A stretch of DNA of 64,000 nt from Chloroflexota bacterium (GTDB taxonomy: Bacteria > Chloroflexota > Limnocylindria > Limnocylindrales > CSP1-4): the NCBI GenBank assembly GCA_017881915.1, contig JADGQK010000003.1, forward strand, positions 7,365 to 71,364. The letters run 5' to 3'. Both the position numbers and the translations under genes were made by a program. Positions 52,165 through 61,638 of the stretch are shown here, in pieces. Within the stretch, counting starts at the first letter, position 1. Every line of letters starts with the position of its first letter. The notes beneath the pieces were generated by a model. The model saw nothing but the letters and a program-made list of their open reading frames with translations, did not search any database and was not told the origin of the DNA.

Positions 52165-53559
52165 GTGGATACCTCGACCGGCGCAGCCTTCCTGGAGGCG
52201 ATCAGGACCAGCCTGCCGAACCTGCGGCTGCTGACCGACCTCCTCGATCTCGAGGGCTACCGGCGCGACGAAACCGCCTACCTCGAGCCGCCGCCGCCGC
52301 TCGCCGTCGCCCTGCCGACCGAGACGGCCGAGGTCGCTGAGCTCGTCCGGCTGGCCGCCCAGCATCGCGTCCCGGTCGTGCCCCGCGGCGCCGGCAGCGG
52401 GCTATCCGGTGGCGCGATCGCGGTGGCCGGCGGCCTGACGATCTCGTTCATGCGAATGAACCGGATCCTCGAGATTGACCGCTCGAACCTGGTCGTGATC
52501 ACCCAGCCCGGGGTGCTCAATGCCGCGCTGAAGCAGGCCGTCGCCGCTGAGGGCCTGTTCTACGCGCCAGACCCGGCGAGCACCGAAATCTGCTCGATCG
52601 GGGGAAACCTCGGGACCAATGCGGGCGGCCTGTGCTGCCTCAAGTACGGCGTGACCCGGGACGCCGTGGTCGGGCTCGAGATCGTCACCGCGAGCGGCGA
52701 GGTCGTCCGCCTTGGCGGGCGCACCACCAAGGACGCCGCCGGCTATGGCCTGATTCCCCTGATCATCGGGTCGCAGGGCACTCTTGCCCTGATCACCGAG
52801 GCAACGCTCCGCCTCCGGCCGACGCCGCCACCAAGCGTGACCCTGCTCGCCTTCTTCCCGTCCCTGACCTCGGCCGGTGACGCCGTCGCGGCGGTCGTCG
52901 CGGCCGGGGTCGAGCCGTCCACCCTGGAGCTGATGGACCGGACGACGATTCGGGCCGTCGACGACGACCACCACCTCGGCCTCGACCGTGATGCCGCGGC
53001 GATGCTGATGATCGAGTCGGACCTGCCGGGCGCGGGCGCTACCCGGGCGCTCGAGATCGCCGACGCCGCCTGCCTCGGCGCCGGGGCCGCCTCGACGATC
53101 GTGGCCACCGACCCGGCCGAGGCCGACCTGCTGCGCCAGGCTCGTCGGGAGGCGTTCCATTCGATGGAGCGCCTGGGCGTGGCCCGGATGGAGGACGTCG
53201 GCGTGCCTCGTGGCCGGGTGCCGGCGATGCTCGCCGAGATCGAGCGCATCGCCGCGGAGCAGGGGCTCACGATCGCGACCTTCGGGCACGTCGGCGACGG
53301 CAATCTCCACCCGAACATCATCCTGGACCGCGACGATCCGGATGGCCATGCGAAGCTGCTTCGGGCGACCGATGCCCTGTGCCGGGCAGCGATCGGGCTG
53401 GGCGGGACGGTCACGGCCGAGCACGGAATCGGCGCTTCCCGGCGCGAATACCTGGAGCTGCAGCGCGGCAGTGCGGCGGTGGCCCTGATGCGGGCGGTCA
53501 AGACAGCCTTCGACCCGCTGGGCATCCTCAATCCGGGCAAGGTCCTGCCGGACGCCTGA
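52165..53559 (+). CDS. FAD-linked oxidase (GlcD / D-lactate dehydrogenase-like)
   Basis: PRGAGSGLSGGA FAD-binding motif, FGHVGDGNLH, EHGIG. Start GTG 52165. Confidence 0.85.
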   Translation: MDTSTGAAFLEAIRTSLPNLRLLTDLLDLEGYRRDETAYLEPPPPLAVALPTETAEVAELVRLAAQHRVPVVPRGAGSGLSGGAIAVAGGLTISFMRMNRILEIDRSNLVVITQPGVLNAALKQAVAAEGLFYAPDPASTEICSIGGNLGTNAGGLCCLKYGVTRDAVVGLEIVTASGEVVRLGGRTTKDAAGYGLIPLIIGSQGTLALITEATLRLRPTPPPSVTLLAFFPSLTSAGDAVAAVVAAGVEPSTLELMDRTTIRAVDDDHHLGLDRDAAAMLMIESDLPGAGATRALEIADAACLGAGAASTIVATDPAEADLLRQARREAFHSMERLGVARMEDVGVPRGRVPAMLAEIERIAAEQGLTIATFGHVGDGNLHPNIILDRDDPDGHAKLLRATDALCRAAIGLGGTVTAEHGIGASRREYLELQRGSAAVALMRAVKTAFDPLGILNPGKVLPDA

Positions 53560-53585
53560 CCGGGGTCGGGTCCGCTGGCGAGCTG

Positions 53586-54185
53586 CTAGACCCACCAGGT
53601 CGCGAGATCGGCCACGATGTGGGCGATCGCGGGTGCCGCCACACTGCCCGAGGTGAGCCGCAGGCCGGCCAGGAAGACGCCCACGCCCAGGTCGAGCGGG
53701 ACCACGTGCCAGCCGTACAGCGGCACGTGGATCAGGGCAAAGGCCGCGCTTGTTACGACCACCGCGATCGTCAGGCCTGCGGCATCGCCCAGGGCATCGA
53801 ACAGCGCGCCGCGCAGGACCAGCTCCTCGGCGCTGGCGACCAGGATCGTGATCAGGGCCCATGGCGCGAATTGCGTCTTGGGCACGAGCTGGAGGGGCTG
53901 GCCGGCCAGCTGGCTGGCCCCGATGGCAAGGCCCACGAGCAGGGCCGCGCCGGCCAGGCCAATGACGATCGTCGACGGCCGGGGACGCGCGACGCGAGCT
54001 CCGCCGGCCCAGGCAACGAGGGCGAGGGCGATCCCGAAGATGGTGCCCACCAGGAGCGGCGGCGCCTCCGCGACGGTCGCGGCCCAGCGCCCGGCGACGA
54101 CCAGGCCAAGGCCCAGGCCGATCCAGGCGGGCCGGGCGAAGCGGCCGAGCCGGGCGGTACGGTCCGAGTCGACCGTGGTCGTCAT
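53586..54185 (-). CDS. CPBP-family intramembrane glutamic endopeptidase
   Basis: EELVLRG, FALIH, HIVAD motifs. Start at Met 54185. Confidence 0.8.
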   Translation of the reverse strand: MTTTVDSDRTARLGRFARPAWIGLGLGLVVAGRWAATVAEAPPLLVGTIFGIALALVAWAGGARVARPRPSTIVIGLAGAALLVGLAIGASQLAGQPLQLVPKTQFAPWALITILVASAEELVLRGALFDALGDAAGLTIAVVVTSAAFALIHVPLYGWHVVPLDLGVGVFLAGLRLTSGSVAAPAIAHIVADLATWWV

Positions 54186-55573
54186 CACCTCGAGAGCGGC
54201 ACGAACTTGATCGAGCCGGTCGCGTAGGTCGGCGGCCAGACGAACGTGTACGACTGGACGGCCTGCCACTGCCAGATCACGGCGGCCGCCCGCAGGTTCT
54301 GGCCCAGGCTCTGGGGCGAGCTCGAGAAACGGACGCCGGCGCCGTTCGGCAGGCTGCCGGCCGGCAGGTCGAGGCCGCGGGCGACGGCGGCGATGCCATT
54401 TGCGCTCAGTCCTCCCTGGGTCGCCACCGGCAGGACGTCATGGAAGAGCGCCCAGGCAGCCGAGAAGCCCGACAGTGCCTCCTCGCTCGGCCCGGCCGCC
54501 GCTGAGCCCGCGCCGACTGGCCCGATGATCACCGGACCGGGGCTCGCCGAAGCGTCCTGCCCGGTTCCGTAGCCGTACTCATTGCTTGGTGCGGCGGCCG
54601 GGTTGTCCCTGGCCCAGGCAGCCGCCAGGCGGTCGTACGTTGCCCGTGCGGCCGGATTGAGGGCGCTCGGCTGGAAGCCACCGGTGGGCCGGTCCGAGGC
54701 GAAGATCCCGATTGCGTCGGCGCCGAGCTCTCCGGCGAAATCGGGTGCGCATTCGGCCATCGTCGAACCGATCAGGGCCTGGACCTTGAGGCCGGCGCCG
54801 AGCATGGCCTGCCGGAAGGCGACTCCATCCTGGATGTGCGAGGCAAGGATGATCACCGACGGCTTGGCAGCGGCGAGCTCGGCCATCACCCGGGGCCAGT
54901 CGGGGTAGGTGAGGTTGTAGGTCTGCTGGTCGACGATCCGGGTCCCGCTCGCCTGCGCCGTGGCCGCCGCCGCCGCCGCGACCGATTGGGGATAGGCATC
55001 GTTGGCGGCCACGATCGCCAGGCGCAGGCCGGCCGGGGTCGTGCCCAGTCGCGGCGCGAGCTGCGTCGTGGCGAAGTCCGCCGAGTTGTCGCCCAGGTTC
55101 GTGCTGCTGGCCCCCACCCGGAAGACGAGCGGCAGGCCCTGCCCGGTCAGCTGGTCGGCAACTGCGCCGGCCTCCCAGTAGACGAGGCCGGCCTGATCAG
55201 CCGCGGCCGCGGCCGGGATCGACAGCTCGGACGAATAGGCGCCCACGACCACCGCCACGCCATCCGCGCGGAGCGAGGCCATCGCGGCCGGTGCCGCGTC
55301 GCCCGACTCGAGGTCGCGCGTATCCAGGACGACCTGGCGGCCGCCGATCCCGCCGTCGGCATTGACGAAGTCGGCTGCCAGCTGCACGCCGCGCAGCTCC
55401 TGGAGGGCGAGAACGGCGGCGTCGCCGCTGATCGGGAATACGGCGCCGATCCTGATCGGGGCGGCGGCTGCCGGTGGGGGGGTCGGGCTGGCGGGCGGGC
55501 TGGCCTGGGCGCAGCCCGCGAGCAGGGCAGCGACGCTGACGACGAGGAGGACACGACGCAGGGATGCCGGCAT
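54185..55573 (-). CDS. lipoprotein, type I periplasmic binding protein (branched-chain amino acid LivJ-like)
   Basis: Lipobox LLAGC, IRIGAVFPISG and a LivJ-like pattern. No permease or ATPase gene nearby. Confidence 0.8.
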   Translation of the reverse strand: MPASLRRVLLVVSVAALLAGCAQASPPASPTPPPAAAAPIRIGAVFPISGDAAVLALQELRGVQLAADFVNADGGIGGRQVVLDTRDLESGDAAPAAMASLRADGVAVVVGAYSSELSIPAAAAADQAGLVYWEAGAVADQLTGQGLPLVFRVGASSTNLGDNSADFATTQLAPRLGTTPAGLRLAIVAANDAYPQSVAAAAAATAQASGTRIVDQQTYNLTYPDWPRVMAELAAAKPSVIILASHIQDGVAFRQAMLGAGLKVQALIGSTMAECAPDFAGELGADAIGIFASDRPTGGFQPSALNPAARATYDRLAAAWARDNPAAAPSNEYGYGTGQDASASPGPVIIGPVGAGSAAAGPSEEALSGFSAAWALFHDVLPVATQGGLSANGIAAVARGLDLPAGSLPNGAGVRFSSSPQSLGQNLRAAAVIWQWQAVQSYTFVWPPTYATGSIKFVPLSR

Positions 55574-55620
55574 GAAATGCTCTCCGGTTGGCGATGTTGG
55601 CTGAGTGTGGGGCGGATGGG

Positions 55621-56391
55621 TCATCGGCGCTTGCGCTTCCGGCGGTTGGTCGAGGCGGCGGCGGAACCGCGTCGGGCCACAGCCTCTGCGGCGGGTGGCG
55701 GCCGCCGCCGGCGGCGAAGGACGATGTACCCGATCGCCCCCAGGACGGCGCCGACGAGCAGGATCAGCAGGCTGACCTGGAGCGGTCCGATTGCGGAGCC
55801 CGCCGAACCGACCAGGGCGAAGTCGCCGAACGTCGCGGCTGTCCCGATGAAGAACGCCGGGGTGCCCGACGGCGACGACGTGATCTGCGTCCAGGCCCCG
55901 CCGCTGTACTGGGCGACGAGGGCTTCGCTCGTCGCGTCAGGGGCACGCAGGACGAGCGTGACGTCCGTTCCGGGTTTGGTCGACAGCGCGACCCCGTTCT
56001 GGTCGGTGACGGCGTAGCGATAGACGTTGCCCAGGATCGGCCCCACGGTCGAGGCCGCCGGCGGGGCAACCGGATCGATCTCGACCGTGACCGAGGTCGT
56101 ACCGGGCGCAAGCTGGAAGGCACCCGGCGCGGCAATCAGCTGGGCCTGCGGTGGGGACTCCGCGGTCGCCGCGTTGAAGCCGGGGCTGCTCCCGTTCACG
56201 AGCGGCTGGGTGATGGTGGCTGAGGTCGGTGCACCGGCCTGGTTGCCGACCGGGCTGAGATAGCGATACGGCCCGAGGACCGTCAGTGAGTCGAACAGCG
56301 GCGCGGCGACCGGCGCCACGGCCTGGGCCGCCGCGATCAGCAGGATGCCGGCGGCCAGGACGATCGGCCCGGCCCGTCCCGGTGCGCGCAT
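55621..56391 (-). CDS. hypothetical envelope protein (N-terminal signal/TM, C-terminal TM, poly-basic tail)
   Basis: Hydrophobic N and C segments; tail RRRRRPPP...RRKRKRR; no family recognised. Confidence 0.55.
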   Translation of the reverse strand: MRAPGRAGPIVLAAGILLIAAAQAVAPVAAPLFDSLTVLGPYRYLSPVGNQAGAPTSATITQPLVNGSSPGFNAATAESPPQAQLIAAPGAFQLAPGTTSVTVEIDPVAPPAASTVGPILGNVYRYAVTDQNGVALSTKPGTDVTLVLRAPDATSEALVAQYSGGAWTQITSSPSGTPAFFIGTAATFGDFALVGSAGSAIGPLQVSLLILLVGAVLGAIGYIVLRRRRRPPPAAEAVARRGSAAASTNRRKRKRR

Positions 56392-56405
56392 TCGACCCCG
56401 CGCTG

Positions 56406-56903
56406 TCAATGGACCGTGAAGATGATCTCGGGCGACCATACCCGCGGGTCGAACGGGGCATGGTCGGCCGCGACGAACTCAGCCTTCAGGACGTACGTCC
56501 CGGGGTGGACCGGCAGGCTCTGGGTCAGGCCGTAGTTCATCGACACGAGGGCATTGTCCACGTAGAGGTGAACATGGCCCGTCGTGGGCGTGATGTTCGT
56601 CGTCGTCGCCGGCACGATCGTCGCGTTCTGGAGCGACAGGACGACCTGGACGGTCGTGCCGGTCAGCGCCTGGTTGGCCGTCGGCGACACGATCGACACG
56701 ATCGCCGGCGAGGATGGCCGTGAGCCGGCCGGGGTCGGGGCGGTCAGGCTCGCCGCGTCGGAAGGCCCGGCGGATGTCGCCGCCGTCGCAAACCCCGAGT
56801 TGTCGCAGGCCGCGACGGCCACGAGCAGGAGGATGGCAGCTGTTGCCGGGATCCGCCGGAATCGGCGCTGGCCTTGCTGCGATCGTGCCATGGTCTGCCT
56901 CAC
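56406..56903 (-). CDS. lipoprotein, DUF4399-like
   Basis: RRFRR then lipobox VAAC. The GHVHLYVD motif resembles DUF4399. Confidence 0.6.
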   Translation of the reverse strand: MRQTMARSQQGQRRFRRIPATAAILLLVAVAACDNSGFATAATSAGPSDAASLTAPTPAGSRPSSPAIVSIVSPTANQALTGTTVQVVLSLQNATIVPATTTNITPTTGHVHLYVDNALVSMNYGLTQSLPVHPGTYVLKAEFVAADHAPFDPRVWSPEIIFTVH

Positions 56904-58951
56904 GGGATGACGCTGACGTCGAGCTGCGTCGTTAGCTGGTCGCCATTCGGGGCGGGACCGGCGAGCGACAGGGTGTACGTTCCACTGACGAGCGTTGCGT
57001 CGGCCACGAAATGGCCGGGCTCGAGCTGGCGTGGCTTGAGTATCGACCCTGCGCCGTCAGAGGGCCCCAGGACCATCGCGATGCTGGTGACGGGGAGCTC
57101 GGTACCGGCCGCGTCAAAGAAGGTCGCGTGCACCTCGTCAGCGCCTGCCTTGCCCGGATCGAGGTAGACCTGGACGCTCCGACCGGCCGACAGGTGGACG
57201 GTGTAGATCGTGGGCAGGCCGGCCACGGCGTTGACGTCAACGGTTGGTTTGGCCGTGCGCGTGATGAGCTCGAAGGGCACTTCCACGGATGCGCTGCCGT
57301 TGACAACGAGGGCCGTGACCTGCCAGGCGCCAACCAGGGACAGGTTCGAGCCGGTCGCGCTGAAGATCCCGGGCGCAGTCGAGGGCAGGTCGAGGCGCGA
57401 GCTGCCGACGTCCGATCGACCGGGGAAGAGGAAACGGAGTGAAACGCCGGTGGCCGCTGCGAGAGGGGCACCGGTGTCGAAGTCGGTGACGGTGGCCTTG
57501 AAGGTGTTGAACCCAGCCATCCCGGGCGAGACCTCGAGGCGGAGCTTGAGCGAAGTCCCGAAGTCCGAGCCGGCCACGACCAGGGGCTGGACCGCCGGCG
57601 CCGGGGAGGGCGCTGACGTTGTTCCGCTGCCGGCCGTCTCGCTCGGCGGCGCCAGGTTGACCAGCGACGCTGACAGGAGCAGAACCGAGGCGCCGACCAG
57701 CAGCTCCGCGGAGCCGATCCGGCGCAACCCCAGGAGCGTTCGCCCCGCTGCCGGCACGTGACGGAAGTGGTTGATCGCGCCGAGCAGGGCGAGCAGGCCG
57801 AGCAGCGCCGTCTTGGCGATCACGAGATGGCCGAAGTCGGTCGACAAGAGCCGCTCGATCGTGCCGACCTCGGCAATCGCCCGGAGGAGCCCGGTCACGG
57901 CCACGGTGCCGATGCCCACGGTCGCCAGGCGCGAGAACTGACGGGCCAGCCGGGCAGTGGTTTCGCCCGGGGTGCCGCGCAGGTTCACGAGCAGGCCCAG
58001 CAGCCCGCCCAGCCACAGGCCGACCGCCACGACGTGGATGACCTGGACAAGGATGTCGACGGCGGGGTTGCCGCCCGCCGCTGCATGACTCAGACCGACA
58101 TCGGCCAGCATCGCCCCGGCCGCCCCCAGTCCTACCGCGATCAGGCCCGCCCGCCCGCCCAGGCGGCCGAGCCAGCTCAGCCCGACGGCGGTCCCGGCAA
58201 GGACGAGCGGCCCGATCCGGGTGACGATACCGATCCCGAACGACGTGTCGAAGGCGTGCCCGATATCAACGCCGGCATCGCTGAGCTGGACGGCGATCAC
58301 GAGCCCGGTGCCGAGCGCCGCAAGCAGCCAGGCGATCGGCAGCACCCGCCGGACCGATGCCCCGGATCCATGTGCGACGAGGGCTCCGAAGACCGCCAGA
58401 CCAAGCAACCCGACGAGGCCGAGGTAGAGCAACCAGCGGCCCACGATCGCGCCGGCCGAGGGCCCGGCCGAGGTCGTGGCCAGCCCCGAGCCTGCCCCGG
58501 ACCCAGGTGGGCCCGTCGGGGGGGCAACCCCGATCCCAAAGGCGAACGAGCCCGTCGCGAGGTGGCCGTCGACCGCCGAGACGGTCCGCCAGGCGACGGT
58601 GTAGACGCCGTCCGGCAGGCTGGCCTCGAGCGGCACGCCAAGCTCGAGCTCGTTCCCCGGCACGGCCGCGGTCGGTCCCGAGGTGACCAGGCTGCCGCCC
58701 GTGTCGAGGACCTTGATCGTCGACAGCCGGGGGTCGGGACGTTCCCCGAAGATGATCGTGACCTGGCCGGGCGGCGTGCTCAGCTGGGCGCCCGGGCTGG
58801 GCACGCTCGACTGCGGCAGGGCATGGCCGAGGGCGGTTCCGGGCAGGGCCAGTGTCGCGGCGAGCCCCAGGATTGCTCCCAGGGCTGCCGCGACGCGAAA
58901 GGCCTCGAACCGGGTGAGCACGCTCAGGTCAGGCTGCCGGACGTCGACCAC
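56900..58951 (-). CDS. CopC-CopD fusion copper resistance/import protein with an extra C-terminal ectodomain (YcnJ-like)
   Basis: Signal peptide then H-A-L-P-Q-S-S-V-P CopC start, DGVYTVAWRTVSAVDGH, then about 8 TM CopD region. Confidence 0.85.
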   Translation of the reverse strand: MVDVRQPDLSVLTRFEAFRVAAALGAILGLAATLALPGTALGHALPQSSVPSPGAQLSTPPGQVTIIFGERPDPRLSTIKVLDTGGSLVTSGPTAAVPGNELELGVPLEASLPDGVYTVAWRTVSAVDGHLATGSFAFGIGVAPPTGPPGSGAGSGLATTSAGPSAGAIVGRWLLYLGLVGLLGLAVFGALVAHGSGASVRRVLPIAWLLAALGTGLVIAVQLSDAGVDIGHAFDTSFGIGIVTRIGPLVLAGTAVGLSWLGRLGGRAGLIAVGLGAAGAMLADVGLSHAAAGGNPAVDILVQVIHVVAVGLWLGGLLGLLVNLRGTPGETTARLARQFSRLATVGIGTVAVTGLLRAIAEVGTIERLLSTDFGHLVIAKTALLGLLALLGAINHFRHVPAAGRTLLGLRRIGSAELLVGASVLLLSASLVNLAPPSETAGSGTTSAPSPAPAVQPLVVAGSDFGTSLKLRLEVSPGMAGFNTFKATVTDFDTGAPLAAATGVSLRFLFPGRSDVGSSRLDLPSTAPGIFSATGSNLSLVGAWQVTALVVNGSASVEVPFELITRTAKPTVDVNAVAGLPTIYTVHLSAGRSVQVYLDPGKAGADEVHATFFDAAGTELPVTSIAMVLGPSDGAGSILKPRQLEPGHFVADATLVSGTYTLSLAGPAPNGDQLTTQLDVSVIP

Positions 58952-59672
58952 GAACGGCCACTGCCAGGGCCGCCAGGCCGATGATCACGCCAACGAGACC
59001 GATCCCCGCGCCGGCCAACAGCGCGTTGTTCGCGGCCGTTTGTGCGCTCGATGCAGCCGTGGAGGCCGCACCGATCGCCGGGTCCTCCGTCGCTGCCGAG
59101 CTCGGGGCCAGAGCGGCGGCGCTCGACGGCGCCGGGCTGGCCAGGCGGGCGTCGATCCGGTCGAGGCGGGTGATGACGTCGGTCAGGGCCGGCAGCTGGT
59201 TCGGGAACTGGATCCCTGTCGCTCCGACGACCGAATTGAACGTTGCGTCGCTCGAGGTGGCGGTCTCGTCGACGGCCGTGCCATGGATCGAGCCGGTCAG
59301 GTGGAAGGTGTAGTCGCCGGGCGCGGTCGGGATGATTGGCGCCTCGTAGTCTCCGGGGACACCGAGGCCGGTATCCGGGTCGAACTTGTTGGCCAGCGGC
59401 AGGGCGTCCGATGTCTGGCCGCCCACACTGACCGTCACTTTGAGGTCTCCGTCGTTCAAGTCGGTCACCGCCTTGCTTGCGGCATCCTTGATCACGACCT
59501 GAACGGCATTCTGCTCGCCGACGTAGGTCGGCTCATGAACCCAGCCGAGGGCGACGCTGTACGTGCCGAACGTCTTGACAACGTGCGCATCGGCGACGCT
59601 CACGACGAGCAGCACGGCACAGGCCGCCGCAGCGATGGCGACGCCGAATCGTCGAAGCCGAACGTGGTGCAT
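58929..59672 (-). CDS. secreted, C-terminally anchored protein whose predicted mature N-terminus starts with His
   Basis: Signal peptide ...VSVADA/HVV; C-terminal TM; GGAGGA 8 nt upstream of ATG 59672; family not recognised. Confidence 0.55.
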   Translation of the reverse strand: MHHVRLRRFGVAIAAAACAVLLVVSVADAHVVKTFGTYSVALGWVHEPTYVGEQNAVQVVIKDAASKAVTDLNDGDLKVTVSVGGQTSDALPLANKFDPDTGLGVPGDYEAPIIPTAPGDYTFHLTGSIHGTAVDETATSSDATFNSVVGATGIQFPNQLPALTDVITRLDRIDARLASPAPSSAAALAPSSAATEDPAIGAASTAASSAQTAANNALLAGAGIGLVGVIIGLAALAVAVRGRRPAA

Positions 59673-59807
59673 GGATGATCCTCCGGGTTGGCAGCTGTCC
59701 GTCCCTGACGGACGACGCTGGGACTCGCGATCTGGACCCGAGCCGCTCGGCAGACCTGCCGGAGCGAGCCCGGCCCAGGGCCCGCCGCGCAACGTGCGCC
59801 GGTGGGC

Positions 59808-60464
59808 CTAGGCGAAGGCCGGGCGGGGCGGAGCCCGGCCCGAGATCCCGTTGCCGGTGATCGACGCGTGGCGGCGATCCACCCAGGGCAGGTCACGCCT
59901 CACGACGAGCGCGGCGCGGTGTCGGAGACGGGCCCGGGCGGCTTCGATCCGGGCCACGAGCACATCCCGCCGCCACTGGTACAGGGCATCGACGAGGGCC
60001 GCCAACAGCGAAACGAGCGCGAACACGGCGAAGACCGAGTGATATTGGCTGGAGCCCAGGACGCTGAGCCCCGGGGCCGGCAGGCCGACCGACAGGTGCT
60101 CGATGTTCTCGACACCCACGAACAGGACCAGGGCAACCGGCAGGATCGTCAGCCAGGCCCGGACGAGATGGCCGGCGAGATCCCGGATGGCTCCGGCCCG
60201 GACGATGAGGTCGCCGGCGTCGAGCTCGCGGGCAAGGCGCGACAGGGAGATCAGCCGGACTGTCCCGAGGACGGCCAGGGCCAGGGCGAGGCCGGCGACC
60301 AGGATGACGGTGCCCGTCCACTGGTCGCCGTGGCCGGTCCGGGCCAGTGCGAGGCCGTATGATCCGCGGTCGGTCAGCAGGAAGACGAGGTCATGGGCCA
60401 GCACGAAGGCGACCGCGGCCAGGGCTCCCAGCCTGAAGCGAGCGCGCCAGTGACCCTCAATCAT
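59808..60464 (-). CDS. hypothetical integral membrane protein
   Basis: About 5 hydrophobic segments. Start at Met 60464. Confidence 0.5.
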   Translation of the reverse strand: MIEGHWRARFRLGALAAVAFVLAHDLVFLLTDRGSYGLALARTGHGDQWTGTVILVAGLALALAVLGTVRLISLSRLARELDAGDLIVRAGAIRDLAGHLVRAWLTILPVALVLFVGVENIEHLSVGLPAPGLSVLGSSQYHSVFAVFALVSLLAALVDALYQWRRDVLVARIEAARARLRHRAALVVRRDLPWVDRRHASITGNGISGRAPPRPAFA

Positions 60465-60546
60465 CGGTGCACTGTACGCGACCCGCATCCGGCCCGCCGC
60501 CGCCGGATCCCGATCGGGCACGCAGACGCGGCGGACCCGGGCCCGG

Positions 60547-61638
60547 TCAGGCGGGTAGCACGAACCAGAAGCGGGTCGTGCCTTCGCCCGACTCTGCGCC
60601 GACGCGGCCGCCGGCCGCTTCGACGAGCTGCTGGACGATTGACAGCCCGATCCCGGCTCCGCCATGGACGCGATCGCGCGACTTGTCCACGCGGTAGAAG
60701 CGCTCGAAGACGTGGGCCAGGTCGTCGGCCGGGATGCCCTCACCGGTGTTCGTGACCGTCACCAGGATGTCGGCCGGCCGGCGTTCGGCCCGGACCGCCA
60801 CCCGGCCGCCGCGGGGCGTGTAGCGGGTGGCGTTCTGGAGCAGGTTGCCCAGGACCTGGGCCAGTGCGTCCGGATCGGCCCGGGCAGCGAGCCGGTTGGG
60901 CAGCTCGACCTCAAGCGCCAGGCCGGCTCGCTCGATGGCGGGCGTGGCCAGCTCGACGGCGGTTCGCAGCGCGACGACGACGTCGACTTCGGCCGGCACG
61001 GCGCGGCGCGCTCCGGCATCGCCTTCGGCCAGCGTGTCGAGCGAGGCCGCCAGCCGGACCAGCCGCTCGGCCTCGTCCCAGAGCGACTCGAACGTCGCCC
61101 GGTCGGCCGGGATCACCCCGTCCCGGAGGCCCTCGAGGTAGCCCTGCAGGTTGGTCAACGGGGTGCGCAGCTCGTGGGCGGCATTGGCGATGAACTCGCG
61201 GCGCAGCCGCTCCTGTTCCTCGAGGCTGGCCGCCATCTGGTTGAACGAGTCGGCCAGGCTGGCAATCTCCTCGGGGCCGCGCCGCGGGACCCGCACCTGG
61301 TAGTCGCCGGCCGCCACCGAGCGTGCAGCCGACCCGATCTGGGCCAGCGGCCGAGCGAGGCGCCGGCCGAGGACGATCGCCAGCACGACGCCAGCCGCGA
61401 TCGCGGCCCCGATCGCCACGAGGAGGACGAGCGTGATCGACTGGTCGAACATCGCGTGGGCGGTCTCGGCCGAGGCGCCGTGCTTCATCATCAGGTCAGC
61501 GAAGACAGCGCCGCCCACGACGACCACGCCGAAGGACACGATGGCCACGGCCAGGGTCGTGGTCAGGACGGCGGCCAGGGCGATCCGGGCACCGACACTA
61601 CGCGACCAGCCCGGCCTTCGGAACCGCCGGAGGGTCAT
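60547..61638 (-). CDS. sensor histidine kinase (2 TM, HAMP, HisKA, HATPase_c)
   Basis: H-box AAHELRTPL; N, G1 (GEGI) and G2 (GGAGIGLSI) boxes. Short Met/His-rich loop MMKHGASAETAHAMFDQS between the TMs. Confidence 0.9.
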   Translation of the reverse strand: MTLRRFRRPGWSRSVGARIALAAVLTTTLAVAIVSFGVVVVGGAVFADLMMKHGASAETAHAMFDQSITLVLLVAIGAAIAAGVVLAIVLGRRLARPLAQIGSAARSVAAGDYQVRVPRRGPEEIASLADSFNQMAASLEEQERLRREFIANAAHELRTPLTNLQGYLEGLRDGVIPADRATFESLWDEAERLVRLAASLDTLAEGDAGARRAVPAEVDVVVALRTAVELATPAIERAGLALEVELPNRLAARADPDALAQVLGNLLQNATRYTPRGGRVAVRAERRPADILVTVTNTGEGIPADDLAHVFERFYRVDKSRDRVHGGAGIGLSIVQQLVEAAGGRVGAESGEGTTRFWFVLPA

